Positions 45,421-56,712 of a stretch of DNA of 64,000 nt are shown piece by piece. The notes beneath the pieces are model-generated. The model was not told the origin of the DNA, ran no database searches, and saw nothing but the letters and a program-made list of their open reading frames with translations. The position numbers were made by a program, and so were the translations under genes. Source of the DNA: Clostridia bacterium (lineage in GTDB: Bacteria; Bacillota; Clostridia; Christensenellales; CAG-138). Each line of letters begins with the position of its first letter. The first letter of the stretch is position 1. The stretch is from assembly GCA_017429985.1 (NCBI GenBank), contig JAFRNW010000004.1:1390-65389 (forward strand). Direction: 5' to 3'.

Positions 45421-47097
45421 ATGGGATACAAATCAGATATAGAAATAGCCCAGGAAAACAAAATGAAAAAAATCATCGAGATCGCAGCGGAGCTGGGAAT
45501 CGATGAAAAATATATCGAATTGTATGGCAATTATAAAGCGAAGCTCGATTTTTCCCTATTAAGAGACCGTGCGGACAAACCGGACGGGAAGCTGATTCTC
45601 GTGACAGCCATCACACCGACGCCTGCCGGGGAAGGAAAGACGACCACTGCGGTCGGACTGGCAGACGGTCTGAAAAAGATCGGAAAAAACGTGGTCGTTG
45701 CGCTCAGGGAACCCTCTCTCGGACCGGTGTTCGGGATAAAGGGCGGCGCCGCGGGCGGCGGACATGCGCAGGTCGTGCCCATGGAGGATATCAACCTTCA
45801 CTTCACGGGTGATTTTCACGCGATCGGCGCTGCAAACAATCTTTTGGCGGCCATGCTGGACAATCATATTCAGCAGGGCAATGCGCTGGGGATCGATCCG
45901 AAACAGATCACATGGAAAAGAGCGGTCGATATGAACGACCGCCAGCTCCGCCAGATCGTGGACGGACTGGGAGGGAAAGCACAGGGCGTTCCGCGCGAAG
46001 ACGGGTTCGATATTACGGTAGCGAGCGAGGTCATGGCGGTGCTCTGCCTTGCGTCGGACATCAAAGACCTGAAGGCAAGACTTGCCCGGATCGTTGTCGG
46101 ATATACGTACGAGGGGAAACCGGTCACGGCGCACGATCTGAAAGCGGAAGGGGCGATGGCCGCGCTGCTGAAGGACGCCATAAAGCCCAATCTCGTGCAG
46201 ACGCTTGAAAAAACACCGGCGCTGGTGCACGGCGGCCCCTTTGCGAATATCGCCCACGGATGCAATTCGGTCACGGCGACCAGGATGGCTCTGAAACTCG
46301 GCGATTATGTGGTGACGGAGGCCGGATTCGCCGCGGATCTCGGCGCCGAGAAGTTTTTTGATATCAAATGCAGAATGGCAGGACTCCGCCCGGCATGCAC
46401 CGTTGTGGTCGCGACGGTGCGCGCGCTGAAATACCACGGCGGCGTCCCCAAGAGTGAGCTGGGCACGGAAAACCTTTCCGCTTTGGAAAAGGGTCTGCCC
46501 AACCTGATGCGGCATGTTTCCAATATCCGCGACGTATTCGGCCTTCCGTGCGTGGTCGCTGTCAACGCGTTCCCGACGGACACCCGTGCCGAGCTGGAAA
46601 TGGTCAGACAAAAGTGCGGAGAGCTCGGCGTAAGGGTTGCCTTGAGCGAAGTCTGGGAAAAAGGCGGAGAGGGAGGCGTGGAGCTGGCCGAAGAAGTGGT
46701 GCGTCTGTGCGAGGAACCGAACTCGTTCCGGCAGGCATATGAACTGGACGGGACGATCGAGGAAAAGATCGACCAGATCTGCAGGAAAGTCTACCACGCG
46801 GACGGCGCAGTGCTTTTACCGAACGCGAAAAAGCAGGCGGCGCTTCTGACTTCGCTTGGTTTTGACAAAATGCCCGTATGCATGGCAAAGACGCAATACT
46901 CGTTCTCAGACGACCCCGCGCTGCTTGGCGCACCGGACGGGTTCGTCGTGACGGTTCGGAATCTGAAGGTGTCCGCCGGCGCAGGTTTTATCGTGGCTCT
47001 GACCGGAGACATCATGACGATGCCGGGACTTCCCCGCGTACCCGCGGCGGAACGGATCGATGTGGACGAGAACGGCGTGATATCCGGCCTGTTCTGA
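45421..47097 (+). CDS. fhs: formate--tetrahydrofolate ligase
   Basis: 558 aa with [12 protein letters not shown] and full-length family resemblance. Confidence 0.95.
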   Translation: MGYKSDIEIAQENKMKKIIEIAAELGIDEKYIELYGNYKAKLDFSLLRDRADKPDGKLILVTAITPTPAGEGKTTTAVGLADGLKKIGKNVVVALREPSLGPVFGIKGGAAGGGHAQVVPMEDINLHFTGDFHAIGAANNLLAAMLDNHIQQGNALGIDPKQITWKRAVDMNDRQLRQIVDGLGGKAQGVPREDGFDITVASEVMAVLCLASDIKDLKARLARIVVGYTYEGKPVTAHDLKAEGAMAALLKDAIKPNLVQTLEKTPALVHGGPFANIAHGCNSVTATRMALKLGDYVVTEAGFAADLGAEKFFDIKCRMAGLRPACTVVVATVRALKYHGGVPKSELGTENLSALEKGLPNLMRHVSNIRDVFGLPCVVAVNAFPTDTRAELEMVRQKCGELGVRVALSEVWEKGGEGGVELAEEVVRLCEEPNSFRQAYELDGTIEEKIDQICRKVYHADGAVLLPNAKKQAALLTSLGFDKMPVCMAKTQYSFSDDPALLGAPDGFVVTVRNLKVSAGAGFIVALTGDIMTMPGLPRVPAAERIDVDENGVISGLF

Positions 47098-47113
47098 TGT
47101 TTGGAGGGAACGT

Positions 47114-47725
47114 ATGCTCGATTCATCGATCAATTATTTTCTGGATGAGCTCGGATCCAAGGCGCCGGTCCCGGGAGGCGGAAGCACGAGCGCGCTGGTC
47201 GGGGCGCTGGCTGCCGCACTCGGGCGCATGTCGGGAGCGCTGACGGTCGGGAAAAAGAAATATGCGGACGTTGAGGAAGACCTGAAGGATATGATGGACC
47301 GGGCGCAGCTGCTCCGCGAAAAGCTTTGCGCATGCGTTCAGAAGGATATTGACGCGTTCGAACCGCTGTCAAAGGCGTACGCGATTCCGAAAGAGGACCC
47401 GGACAGGGACCGGATCATGGAAGACTGTCTTAAAACAGCTGCGTCGGCGCCGCTTGAGATACTGGACCTCTGCTGCGAAGTGGCGGTACTGAATAAAGCG
47501 TTTTCCGAAAAGGCAGGGAAGCTGGTCGTTTCGGACGCCGCCACCGGAGCCGCGCTCTGCTGGGCGGCGCTCCATGGAGCCGCCCTGAACGTGAAAGTGA
47601 ACACGGGTGCCATGAAAGACCGGACATATGCCGGAGGCATAGAGGCGCATGTGGATGAGGCTCTGCGCAAATACAGCCGGATGGCAGAGGAAACATTTCA
47701 TTCGGTATATGGGAGATATTCCTGA
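47114..47725 (+). CDS. fchA: cyclodeaminase/cyclohydrolase family protein (FTCD C-terminal type, methenyl-THF cyclohydrolase-like)
   Basis: 203 aa with the N-terminus FLDELGSKAPVPGGGSTSALVGALAAAL, typical of this family. Confidence 0.8.
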   Translation: MLDSSINYFLDELGSKAPVPGGGSTSALVGALAAALGRMSGALTVGKKKYADVEEDLKDMMDRAQLLREKLCACVQKDIDAFEPLSKAYAIPKEDPDRDRIMEDCLKTAASAPLEILDLCCEVAVLNKAFSEKAGKLVVSDAATGAALCWAALHGAALNVKVNTGAMKDRTYAGGIEAHVDEALRKYSRMAEETFHSVYGRYS

Positions 47726-48600
47726 TGGCGGAATTGCTGAAAGGCGCTCTGGTCGCACGCTCCATTACAGAGAAGTGCGCGGAAAGAGCGGAAAAACTGC
47801 AGAACAGAGGCGTTGTTCCGACGCTGGCGATCGTCCGGGTCGGAGAAAACGACAGTGATCTTTCCTATGAACGTGGTGCGGAGAAAAGATGCCGGGAAGC
47901 AGGGATCGCGGTACGCGGGATCCACTTTGCTGCGGACGTGGACAACGAGACCTATTTGTCAGCAATCCGGGAACTGAATGAGGACAACGGGGTGCACGGC
48001 ATTCTTCTTCTGATGCCGCTTCCTCCGCAGCTGGACGAGAAGGCGGCAAGAAAGGCTCTGATTCCCGGGAAGGATGTCGACGGCTGTACGGCAGGCTCGC
48101 TCGCGGGGGTTTTCATGAACTCCGGGGAGGGGTTTCCGCCCTGCACGGCACAGGCTGCGATGGAGCTGCTGGACTATTACGGTGTGGAATGCAAGGGGAA
48201 GCAAGCGGCGGTAGCAGGACGTTCGCTGGTTTTCGGAAGACCGGCCGCCATGCTTCTGATGCACAGGAATGCGACCGTTACCGTCTGCCACAGCAGGACC
48301 GAGGAGATGGAGAAGGTGCTCCGGCAGGCGGATATCGTTCTGGTCGGGATCGGGAAGATGGAAAGCATCGGGAAGGAATACTTCCGGCCGGGACAGACTG
48401 TGATCGATATCGGGATCCACTGGAACGCAGAGAAGCAGAAACTCTGCGGGGACGTGAGATTTGATGAGGCGGAAACCGTTGTGACGGCAATCACGCCGGT
48501 GCCGGGAGGCGTCGGCGCGGTGACGACGAGCGTTCTGGCAAAGCATGTGATCGATGCTGCCGAACGGCTGAGCGGGGAATCGCTTTCCGGAAGGGATTAA
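47725..48600 (+). CDS. folD: bifunctional methylene-THF dehydrogenase / methenyl-THF cyclohydrolase
   Basis: 291 aa with PTLAIVRVGENDSDLSY, GRSLVFGRPAAMLL and ITPVPGGVGAVT. Start codon shares 1 nt with the upstream stop codon (TGATG). Confidence 0.95.
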   Translation: MAELLKGALVARSITEKCAERAEKLQNRGVVPTLAIVRVGENDSDLSYERGAEKRCREAGIAVRGIHFAADVDNETYLSAIRELNEDNGVHGILLLMPLPPQLDEKAARKALIPGKDVDGCTAGSLAGVFMNSGEGFPPCTAQAAMELLDYYGVECKGKQAAVAGRSLVFGRPAAMLLMHRNATVTVCHSRTEEMEKVLRQADIVLVGIGKMESIGKEYFRPGQTVIDIGIHWNAEKQKLCGDVRFDEAETVVTAITPVPGGVGAVTTSVLAKHVIDAAERLSGESLSGRD

Positions 48601-48606
48601 TAACGA

Positions 48607-49134
48607 TTGAAGACAAGACAGCTTGCAACGGACGCCATGCTTGCTGCAATGTGCGCGGTGCTGGGATATCTGTCCGTTGATCTCGGAAACCTGAAAATCA
48701 CATTTGAAAGCCTGCCTGTACTGGTTGCCGCATTCATTCTGGGTCCGGCTGACGGTTTTATCGTAGGATGCATCGGGACGCTGATCTATCAGATCCTTCG
48801 CTACGGACTGACCGCAACGACGGTTCTCTGGATGCTGCCGTATATGCTGTGCGGCCTTCTGGTCGGTCTTTATGCGAAGAAGAAAGACTTCCGTCTGTCA
48901 AAAAAGGAAATCGCCATTTCAGTCGGGATCGCGGAGCTGATGATCCTGCTGCTGAATACCGCCGTAATGGCGGCTGACAGCATGATTTACGGATATTATT
49001 CCAGGACGTATATTTTCGGATCCTTTTGGATCAGACTGCTGATCTGCGTGGCAAAATCCGTGGCGTTCTCGCTGATTCTGCCCGGCATTCTCCAGCCGCT
49101 CCGCAAATTTATTATCAGAGGCAATCAACAGTGA
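48607..49134 (+). CDS. folT: ECF transporter S component, folate family (FolT-like)
   Basis: 175 aa, 5-6 TM, TTG start. Embedded in the folate operon. No ecfA/ecfT in the window. Confidence 0.7.
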   Translation: MKTRQLATDAMLAAMCAVLGYLSVDLGNLKITFESLPVLVAAFILGPADGFIVGCIGTLIYQILRYGLTATTVLWMLPYMLCGLLVGLYAKKKDFRLSKKEIAISVGIAELMILLLNTAVMAADSMIYGYYSRTYIFGSFWIRLLICVAKSVAFSLILPGILQPLRKFIIRGNQQ

Positions 49135-50960
49135 CCGTACAGGAAGCAGTAAAATTTCTTGAAAACTATCCTGCCAGGGAATCCAGGCCGGGACTCGAGC
49201 GGATCCGCATTCTGATGGACAGAGTCGGGAATCCGCAGCGGGAGATGCGATATGTTCATGTGACGGGAAGCAACGGAAAGGGAAGCACCTGCGCGTTCCT
49301 CGATTCCGTGCTGCGGAAAGCAGGCTACCATACAGGGCTGTATACTTCCCCGCATCTGGAACAGTATCTGGAACGGATCCGCGTTGACGGGAAGATGGCA
49401 GAGGGAAGGAATCTTTCCAAGGCGGCGGAGCAGGTAAAGAGGGCGGCGGAAAGCATGGAGGACACGCCGACGTGGTTTGAGATCACGACGGCGGCCGCAT
49501 TCCTGTATTTCAAATACTGCAGATGCGATATCGTCGTCCTGGAAGTCGGCATGGGAGGCGAATTTGACGCGACCAATGTCATCGACAGCCCGGAAGTAGC
49601 CGTGCTTGCCAACATCGGGCTGGAACATACTCAGATCCTGGGCAGAACGATCCGTGAAATCGCGCGGACGAAGTCCGGGATCATCAAAGAGGGATGCAGC
49701 GCGGTCTGCTATGACGGAGACCCGGAAGCGGTGGAAGTCGTTGCAGCCAGATGCAGAGAATTGAAAGTGCCTTTGAAAGTAACGGACTTCGCCGAGCTGC
49801 AGGTCCTGAAGTCCGACCTGGACGGGCAGTCCTTTGTCTACAGGGGAAAAGCATATTCCATACGGCTTTCCGGAAGCCATCAGGCACGCAATGCCGCGAC
49901 CGCCCTGGACGCGCTGGAGGCGCTGAGAGAAAAAGGCTGGCAGATCGAAGAGGAAGACATATGCAGGGGCATGGAGGACGCCAGATGGCCGGCAAGATTT
50001 GAAGTGCTTGCAAAAGATCCGCTGTTTATTCTGGACGGTGGCCATAACCCGCAGTGCGCGCTTGCGCTGGCGGAGGCCGTCCGGGAACTTCTGCCGGCTA
50101 CCAAACCGGTGTTTCTGACGGGAGTTCTAGCGGATAAGGATTACGAAGCTATCACCGATATCATCCGTCCGATCGCAGGGGAGGTCATCTGTCTGACCCC
50201 GCTCAGCGAAAGAGCGCTCGGAGCGGAACAGTACGCGGCATTTCTGAGGAGAAAAGGACTCCGCGCTACCGAGTATGCGGACATATCCGAGGGCATCAGG
50301 GCGGCGCTGACAGCCGGACGGGATCATGCGGTCGTGGCTTTCGGATCCCTGTATCTTGCCGGAGCCGTCCGCGGGGCGTTCAAAAAGACATACCGCCGCT
50401 GGCTCAGAAAAGACCGGGACGCGCTTCGCAGAAAGCTGCCGGAAGATGTTCGGAAGGAGTATTCGGAACGCATCATCCGCCATATTCTGGAGTCAGGGAT
50501 GCTGGACCGTGCCGGGACCGTGATGCTTTACAACGCGATCGGAGGGGAAGCCGATCTGAGCGCAATCGTTCCGGAACTGAAACGAAGAGGAAAGCGCGTC
50601 CTGTATCCCGTCTGCGTCAGCGACGGTGAAATGGTCGCAAAGGAGCCGGAAAGAGAGAACAGATGGGAGAAAGGACGGTACGGTATCACAGAGCCCGCTG
50701 CGGGCAGTTCCCGCGAAATCGAGCCGCGCGAGATCGATCTTGTCTTCTGTCCCTGCACGGCATTTGACAGGCACTGCAACCGCATGGGACGCGGATCGGG
50801 GTATTATGACCGGTTCCTTCTGAAATGCACGAACGCGTCTGTCGTGACGGTCGCATTCGACCTGCAGCGTGTTGAGGAAATACCCGGCGAACCCTGGGAT
50901 ATGCCGACGGATATGGTCGTTACCGAACAGAATATTTACTGCGCGGAATCGCGTCTTTGA
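49131..50960 (+). CDS. folC: folylpolyglutamate synthase/dihydrofolate synthase fused to 5-formyltetrahydrofolate cyclo-ligase
   Basis: GTG 49131 overlaps the folT stop (GTGA). Mur-ligase P-loop VTGSNGKGST. The C-terminal ~190 aa carry the 5-FCL motifs GGEADL and GRGSGYYDRF. Confidence 0.85.
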   Translation: MTVQEAVKFLENYPARESRPGLERIRILMDRVGNPQREMRYVHVTGSNGKGSTCAFLDSVLRKAGYHTGLYTSPHLEQYLERIRVDGKMAEGRNLSKAAEQVKRAAESMEDTPTWFEITTAAAFLYFKYCRCDIVVLEVGMGGEFDATNVIDSPEVAVLANIGLEHTQILGRTIREIARTKSGIIKEGCSAVCYDGDPEAVEVVAARCRELKVPLKVTDFAELQVLKSDLDGQSFVYRGKAYSIRLSGSHQARNAATALDALEALREKGWQIEEEDICRGMEDARWPARFEVLAKDPLFILDGGHNPQCALALAEAVRELLPATKPVFLTGVLADKDYEAITDIIRPIAGEVICLTPLSERALGAEQYAAFLRRKGLRATEYADISEGIRAALTAGRDHAVVAFGSLYLAGAVRGAFKKTYRRWLRKDRDALRRKLPEDVRKEYSERIIRHILESGMLDRAGTVMLYNAIGGEADLSAIVPELKRRGKRVLYPVCVSDGEMVAKEPERENRWEKGRYGITEPAAGSSREIEPREIDLVFCPCTAFDRHCNRMGRGSGYYDRFLLKCTNASVVTVAFDLQRVEEIPGEPWDMPTDMVVTEQNIYCAESRL

Positions 50961-51060
50961 TACGCTTGTTCATTGACTGTTCATATTTGCGTATGATAAA
51001 ATTGCTTGCGGGAATTTGATTCCCTTGTAAAACAACAAAGAAATATAGGAGGAAATATCA

Positions 51061-52176
51061 ATGAAGAAAATCATCGCAGTGCTGATGGCTCTTGCAATGG
51101 TTCTGGCCGTTGTGGCGTGCTCAAAGCCCGCGGCTGCACCGGCGGCATCCGAGCCCGCAGCGTCCGGAATGAAGGTCGCGCTTGTAACCGACGTTGGAAA
51201 CATTGACGACAAATCTTTCAACCAGGGCGCATGGGAAGGCGTTGTCGCGTTCTGCGAGGGCAAAGGCCTCAAGCAGGGCGAAGGCTACGATTACTATCGT
51301 CCTTCCGAGGACTCCACCGAAGCCCGTGTTGAGACGATCAACACAGCTATCGCGAACGGCGCAAACGTCATTGTCTGCCCGGGCTATCTGTTTGAAGATG
51401 CGATCTACACGGTACAGGGCTCCAACCCGAAGGTTCAGTTTCTGCTCCTGGATGGCGAACCTCATGCTGCGGATTATTCCGTGTACGAGACCACCTCAAA
51501 CACCCACAACATCCTTTATCAGGAAGAGCAGGCCGGATTCTTCGCGGGCTATGCCGCAGTAAAAGACGGCTATAAGAAACTGGGCTTCCTCGGCGGCATG
51601 GCGGTTCCCGCTGTTGTCCGTTACGGGTACGGTTTCGTTCAGGGCGCCAACGCTGCCGCTGAAGAAATGAACATCGCCGACCAGGTTTCCCTGAAATACT
51701 GGTATTGCGGCGGATTTGCTCCCTCTGACGATATCAAGATCAAGATGGCCGGATGGTTCACCGACGGCACGGAAGTCGTATTCTCCTGCGGCGGCGGCAT
51801 CTACCTGAGCGCAGTTGCGGCTGCGACCGAAGCCAACGGCAAGGTCATCGGCGTCGACGTCGACCAGAGCGGTGAATCCGAGTGCATCATCACCTCCGCC
51901 ATGAAGGGCCTGAGCAACTCCGTCATTCTGGCGCTCGAAGATCTCTGGGCAAACAACGGTGTCTGGTCTGCGGATTACGCAGGAAAGACCGCTGTCCTCG
52001 GCGCTGCGGACGACTGCGTCGGCCTGCCCACTGCAGAGGGTTCCTGGAGACTCTCCACCTTCACGGTTGATGAGTACAATGCGCTCTTCGCAAAGGTCAA
52101 AGACGGTTCGGTCGCTGTTTCCAACGATACAGAGAACGCGCCGGCAGTCACCATCGCGGTTGACTACAACGCATAA
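51061..52176 (+). CDS. BMP-family (PnrA/Med-like) ABC substrate-binding lipoprotein, probable nucleoside binding
   Basis: Lipobox VVAC, then VALVTDVGNIDDKSFNQ, typical of the BMP family. Confidence 0.9.
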   Translation: MKKIIAVLMALAMVLAVVACSKPAAAPAASEPAASGMKVALVTDVGNIDDKSFNQGAWEGVVAFCEGKGLKQGEGYDYYRPSEDSTEARVETINTAIANGANVIVCPGYLFEDAIYTVQGSNPKVQFLLLDGEPHAADYSVYETTSNTHNILYQEEQAGFFAGYAAVKDGYKKLGFLGGMAVPAVVRYGYGFVQGANAAAEEMNIADQVSLKYWYCGGFAPSDDIKIKMAGWFTDGTEVVFSCGGGIYLSAVAAATEANGKVIGVDVDQSGESECIITSAMKGLSNSVILALEDLWANNGVWSADYAGKTAVLGAADDCVGLPTAEGSWRLSTFTVDEYNALFAKVKDGSVAVSNDTENAPAVTIAVDYNA

Positions 52177-52208
52177 GTCTCAGATCGGTTCTGACATATC
52201 GAACTTGA

Positions 52209-52239
52209 GGGGCTGGGCGATAAAGCCCGGCCCCTTTTT
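52209..52239 (+). terminator. intra-operon terminator/attenuator after the BMP binding-protein gene
   Basis: GGGGCTGGGC-GATAAA-GCCCGGCCCC (one G-U) followed by TTTTT. Confidence 0.7.
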
Positions 52240-52277
52240 CAAAATCCGTCAACATGATTGGAGGTAGGGGACGCTGT

Positions 52278-53846
52278 ATGAGCGAGTACGTAATTGAGAT
52301 GTTGAACATCACAAAAGAGTTCCCCGGCATTAAGGCAAACGACAATATCACGTTGCAGCTGAAGCATGGCGAAGTCCATGCGCTTCTGGGAGAGAACGGC
52401 GCCGGGAAATCGACGTTGATGAGCGTTCTGTTCGGACTCTATCAGCCGGAAGCCGGCGTCATTAAAAAAGACGGGGTAGAGGTCAAGATCAACAACCCGA
52501 ACGACGCGAACGCACTGAATATCGGCATGGTGCACCAGCACTTCAAACTGGTCGAAGTGTTTACGGTGCTTGACAATATCATCCTCGGCGCGGAGCCGAA
52601 CAAGATGGGCTTTCTGCAGAAAGCGGAGGCCCGCAAGAAAGTCATAGAGCTTTCGGAACGGTACGGACTGCAGGTGGATCCCGACGCGAAGATCGAAGAC
52701 ATTTCGGTTGGCATGCAGCAGCGCGTTGAGATCCTCAAGATGCTGTACAGGGACAATGACATCCTGATCTTCGACGAGCCTACGGCGGTCCTGACCCCGC
52801 AGGAGATTGACGAACTGATGGAGATCATGCGCAACTTCACCAAGGAAGGGAAGTCCATTCTGTTCATCACCCATAAGCTTAACGAAATCATGGCGGTCGC
52901 CGACCGGTGCACGGTTCTCCGGAAGGGCAAGTACATGGGAACCGTGAACATCAAGGACACCACCAAGGAAGAGCTTTCCCGCATGATGGTCGGAAGGGAC
53001 GTCAAGTTCGAGGTGGATAAGGCGGAGCAGAAGCTCGGCGACGTCGTGCTCGATGTTCAGAACGTAACGGTACCGTCCAAGATCCACGCGAACAATGCGG
53101 TCAAGAACGTCAGTTTTCAGGTCCGCGCGGGAGAGATCGTCTGTCTTGCGGGTATTGAAGGAAACGGCCAGACACAGTTCGTCTACGCGCTGACCGGGCT
53201 CGACAAGATGTCCGAAGGAAAGATTACGCTCTGCGGGCATGATATTTCCAACGCAAAGATCCGTGACCGGTCCAAGCTCGGCATGAGCCATATTCCGGAG
53301 GACCGTCACAAACACGGCCTGGTACTGGACTTCTCGCTGGAGCAGAACCTGGTCCTTCAGCGCTACTGGCAGCCGGAATTCCAGAACAAGGGATTCATCC
53401 GCAATAAGGAAGTCCGGGAATATGCGGAAAAACTGATCAAGCAGTATGATATCCGCTCGGGACAGGGACCTGTCACAACGGCGCGGTCCATGTCCGGCGG
53501 AAACCAGCAGAAGGCGATCGTTGCCCGCGAGATCGACAAGGTGCCGGATCTCCTCGTTGCGGTACAGCCGACACGAGGTCTGGACGTCGGCGCCATCGAG
53601 TACATTCATGAGCAGCTGGTCGCGCAGCGCGATGCCGGACGTGCGGTCCTTCTGGTGTCACTGGAACTGGAGGAAGTCATGAGCGTTCCGGACCGGATCC
53701 TGGTGATGTACGAAGGCGAGATCGTCGGCGAGTTCAATCCGAAGGAGGTCACGGTCGAGGAACTCGGACTCTACATGGCGGGCGCCAAAAACATGTACCG
53801 CGACGTCGGTGCGAAAGAACAGGGAAAGGAGCGTGAAGCGGAATGA
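52278..53846 (+). CDS. ABC transporter ATP-binding protein (tandem NBDs)
   Basis: GENGAGKST / FDEPTAVL, and a second domain GIEGNGQTQ / MSGGNQQK. Confidence 0.9.
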   Translation: MSEYVIEMLNITKEFPGIKANDNITLQLKHGEVHALLGENGAGKSTLMSVLFGLYQPEAGVIKKDGVEVKINNPNDANALNIGMVHQHFKLVEVFTVLDNIILGAEPNKMGFLQKAEARKKVIELSERYGLQVDPDAKIEDISVGMQQRVEILKMLYRDNDILIFDEPTAVLTPQEIDELMEIMRNFTKEGKSILFITHKLNEIMAVADRCTVLRKGKYMGTVNIKDTTKEELSRMMVGRDVKFEVDKAEQKLGDVVLDVQNVTVPSKIHANNAVKNVSFQVRAGEIVCLAGIEGNGQTQFVYALTGLDKMSEGKITLCGHDISNAKIRDRSKLGMSHIPEDRHKHGLVLDFSLEQNLVLQRYWQPEFQNKGFIRNKEVREYAEKLIKQYDIRSGQGPVTTARSMSGGNQQKAIVAREIDKVPDLLVAVQPTRGLDVGAIEYIHEQLVAQRDAGRAVLLVSLELEEVMSVPDRILVMYEGEIVGEFNPKEVTVEELGLYMAGAKNMYRDVGAKEQGKEREAE

Positions 53847-55042
53847 AAAAAGGAATGATCAGCGTTCTTGCTTCTGTTATTTCCATTCTGGTCGGTCTGC
53901 TGTTCGGACTGCTCCTGCTGATCGTTGTAAACCCGGCCATGGCATTCCCGAAATTCGGGGAACTGCTGACAGCAGGCGTTTCCAGCCTTCCGAAACTGGC
54001 CAAGGTTCTGTACCAGGCGGCGCCGCTCGTTATGACCGGTCTCGCGGTGGCGTTTGCATTCAAGACGGGCCTGTTCAATATCGGCGCGTCCGGGCAGTAT
54101 ACGGTCGGCGCGTTCTGCGCCCTGGCCTGCGCGATCATCTTCCAGATGCCCTGGTGGATCTGCCTGATCGCTTCCCTGGTCGCCGGTGCGGTATGGGGAT
54201 TCTTCCCGGGTCTTTTCAAATCCCTGTTTAACGTCAACGAGGTCATTACATCGATCATGTTCAACTGGATCGGCATGATGGCGGTCAACCTGCTGTGCAT
54301 GAATCTGAAAAACGCGGCGGGACAGCTCGTCATGCTTCCTACGGCCTGGGTATCCAGCCCGATCAAGGACCGTACCGCGGCGCTTTCCTATGCGAACCCG
54401 TCCGCGATGATACCCAAGATGGGACTTGACAGGCTTTTCCAGTCCAATTACATGAATATCAGCATTTTCATCGCTGCGCTGGTTGCGGTCCTTCTGTGGG
54501 TGGTCCTGAACCGGACGACGTTCGGATATGAACTGAAAGCCTGCGGCTACAATAAAAATGCGAGCATCTATGCCGGCATCAACGCAAAGCGCAACATTGT
54601 GCTTTCCATGGTGATCTCCGGCGCGATGGCCGGCCTCGGCGGGGGACTGTACTACCTGGCAGGAACCGCGGACTATACGATCCAGAAGGCGCTTCTGCCC
54701 ATGGGATTCAACGGCATTTCCGTTGCTCTTCTTGCAACGTCCAATCCGATCGGCACCATCTTCAGCGCTTTGTTCATTTCGTATATCCAGGTTGGCGGCG
54801 AATCGCTCCAGCCGGTTTACGCAAAGGAAATGATCGACATCATCATCGCGGTCATCATCTACCTGAGCGCGTTTGCCCTTCTGACAAAGAACATTATTTC
54901 GAAGTACATTCGTACGGATAAAACCAATGTGAACGCTGAGCCGGTTCCTCCGGCGGCTCCCGTTCCCGCAGCCGAAACCGGGGCGGTCGATTCCGGGGAA
55001 GTTCCGGAAAAAACCGTGGAAAGCGAGGGTGAAGACAAATGA
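53843..55042 (+). CDS. ABC transporter permease
   Basis: Polytopic, ATGA overlap with the upstream gene, Pro/Ala-rich C-terminal tail. Confidence 0.88.
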   Translation: MKKGMISVLASVISILVGLLFGLLLLIVVNPAMAFPKFGELLTAGVSSLPKLAKVLYQAAPLVMTGLAVAFAFKTGLFNIGASGQYTVGAFCALACAIIFQMPWWICLIASLVAGAVWGFFPGLFKSLFNVNEVITSIMFNWIGMMAVNLLCMNLKNAAGQLVMLPTAWVSSPIKDRTAALSYANPSAMIPKMGLDRLFQSNYMNISIFIAALVAVLLWVVLNRTTFGYELKACGYNKNASIYAGINAKRNIVLSMVISGAMAGLGGGLYYLAGTADYTIQKALLPMGFNGISVALLATSNPIGTIFSALFISYIQVGGESLQPVYAKEMIDIIIAVIIYLSAFALLTKNIISKYIRTDKTNVNAEPVPPAAPVPAAETGAVDSGEVPEKTVESEGEDK

Positions 55043-56031
55043 TCGTATTGGCAGATGTTATCAGCGCAACTATCGTATTTGCGGTTCCTCTGCTTCTGGT
55101 CGCCATGGGCGGTATGTTCTCAGAGCGAAGCGGTATTATCAACATCGCACTGGAAGGCATCATGATCGTCGGCGCACTGATGGGATGTCTGATGATGCGC
55201 TGGATGGACGCGGCGGTGACGAGCGGAGCGCTTGGCTCTCAGCTTGCCATGCTGATTGTAACGTTGTTTGCAGGCCTGTGCGGGATCGTGTTCTCCGTCC
55301 TGCTGGCGTTTGCGTCCATCAATCTGAAAGCGGACCAGACCATCGGCGGTACCGCTCTGAACATGCTCGCGCCCGCGATGGCGATCGTTCTGACATGGGT
55401 CGTTCAGGGCCAGGGCCAGACGACGATCCTGATCCCGACATGGTCCCGTATCACGGAGGCGAATTTCGGTCTTACGATGAAGAGCCAGTTCCTTCAGAAC
55501 CTGCTGTTCAAGAACATGTACCTGACCACGTTTATCGCGGTCATCCTGTTCGCGGCTGCCGTTATTCTCCTGTATAAAACGAAATTCGGACTTCGCCTCC
55601 GCGCGTGCGGCGAGCACCCGCAGGCGGCGGATTCCGTCGGCATCAACGTTTACAAGATGCGTTATGCGGGCGTTCTGATCTCCGGCTTTCTCGGCGGGAT
55701 CGGCGGCATCGCGTTCACGCTGGCTGCCGGATCCGGATTCCAGTCCACCGTTGCAGGATACGGCTTCCTGGCCTTGGCGGTCATGATCTTCGGTAACTGG
55801 AAACCGTGGAGCATCCTCGGCGCATCCCTGTTCTTCGCGCTGTTCAAGGTGATCGGTTCCTATGCGTCCAGCATTCCGTTCATGCCGCAGTTCAGGGGAG
55901 TGGAAGGCGTCAGCACGTATCTCTATCCGATGCTGCCGTATATCATCACGATGATCCTTCTGATCCTGACTTCGAAGAAATCGAGAGCCCCGAAGGCGGA
56001 AGGTATCCCGTACGACAAGGGATCAAGATAA
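55039..56031 (+). CDS. ABC transporter permease
   Basis: Polytopic, ATGA overlap with the upstream gene, followed by a terminator. Confidence 0.88.
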   Translation: MIVLADVISATIVFAVPLLLVAMGGMFSERSGIINIALEGIMIVGALMGCLMMRWMDAAVTSGALGSQLAMLIVTLFAGLCGIVFSVLLAFASINLKADQTIGGTALNMLAPAMAIVLTWVVQGQGQTTILIPTWSRITEANFGLTMKSQFLQNLLFKNMYLTTFIAVILFAAAVILLYKTKFGLRLRACGEHPQAADSVGINVYKMRYAGVLISGFLGGIGGIAFTLAAGSGFQSTVAGYGFLALAVMIFGNWKPWSILGASLFFALFKVIGSYASSIPFMPQFRGVEGVSTYLYPMLPYIITMILLILTSKKSRAPKAEGIPYDKGSR

Positions 56032-56046
56032 CACGGATTGCAAGCG

Positions 56047-56071
56047 GGGCGGACCTGGTCCGCCCTGTTTT
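56047..56071 (+). terminator. intrinsic terminator after the nucleoside ABC operon
   Basis: GGGCGGAC-CTG-GTCCGCCC followed by TGTTTT. Confidence 0.75.
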
Positions 56072-56096
56072 CAGGTAGAAGAAAGGAAATCGCTTT

Positions 56097-56693
56097 ATGG
56101 CAAAACTGTATTTCAGGTACGGCGCGATGGGATCCTCCAAAACCGCCAACGCAATCATGGTCTGGTACAACTATAAGGAACGCGGAAAGAAAGCGCTTCT
56201 TGCGAAACCCGCAATCGATACGCGCGAAGGCACCAGGATCGTCTGGTCCAGAAGCGGGCTGAAGGCGGAATGTACGCTGTTCCATGAGATCGACTGGGAC
56301 AGCATCAAACGGCATGAGTATGACTGCCTGATTGTCGACGAAGCGCAGTTCCTGTCCCCGGAGGAAGTGGAAATGCTGTGCCCGATCGTGGACCAGTATA
56401 ACGTTCCGGTCATATGCTACGGTCTGAGAACGGATTTTCAGGGAAACTTCTTCCCCGGAAGCGCAAAACTGCTTGCCAGAGCGGATACCATAGAAGAGAT
56501 CAAAACGATCTGCTGGTGCGGCAGGAAAGCGACAAACAACGCAAGGCTGGATGGCAAAGGCGGTATTACAAAAATAGGGGACCAGGTGCTTCTCGGAGCG
56601 AACGACAAATATATCGGGCTGTGCAGAAAGCACTGGATGGAGGGGGACCCGGGACCCGAATTGCGCGGGAAAGCGATTTCCGATCAGGACTGA
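56097..56693 (+). CDS. tdk: thymidine kinase
   Basis: P-loop GAMGSSKT, VDEAQFL, and C-terminal zinc-binding Cys pairs (CWCG...CRKH). Confidence 0.95.
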   Translation: MAKLYFRYGAMGSSKTANAIMVWYNYKERGKKALLAKPAIDTREGTRIVWSRSGLKAECTLFHEIDWDSIKRHEYDCLIVDEAQFLSPEEVEMLCPIVDQYNVPVICYGLRTDFQGNFFPGSAKLLARADTIEEIKTICWCGRKATNNARLDGKGGITKIGDQVLLGANDKYIGLCRKHWMEGDPGPELRGKAISDQD

Positions 56694-56712
56694 CCGATAT
56701 CCGAACAGAAAG

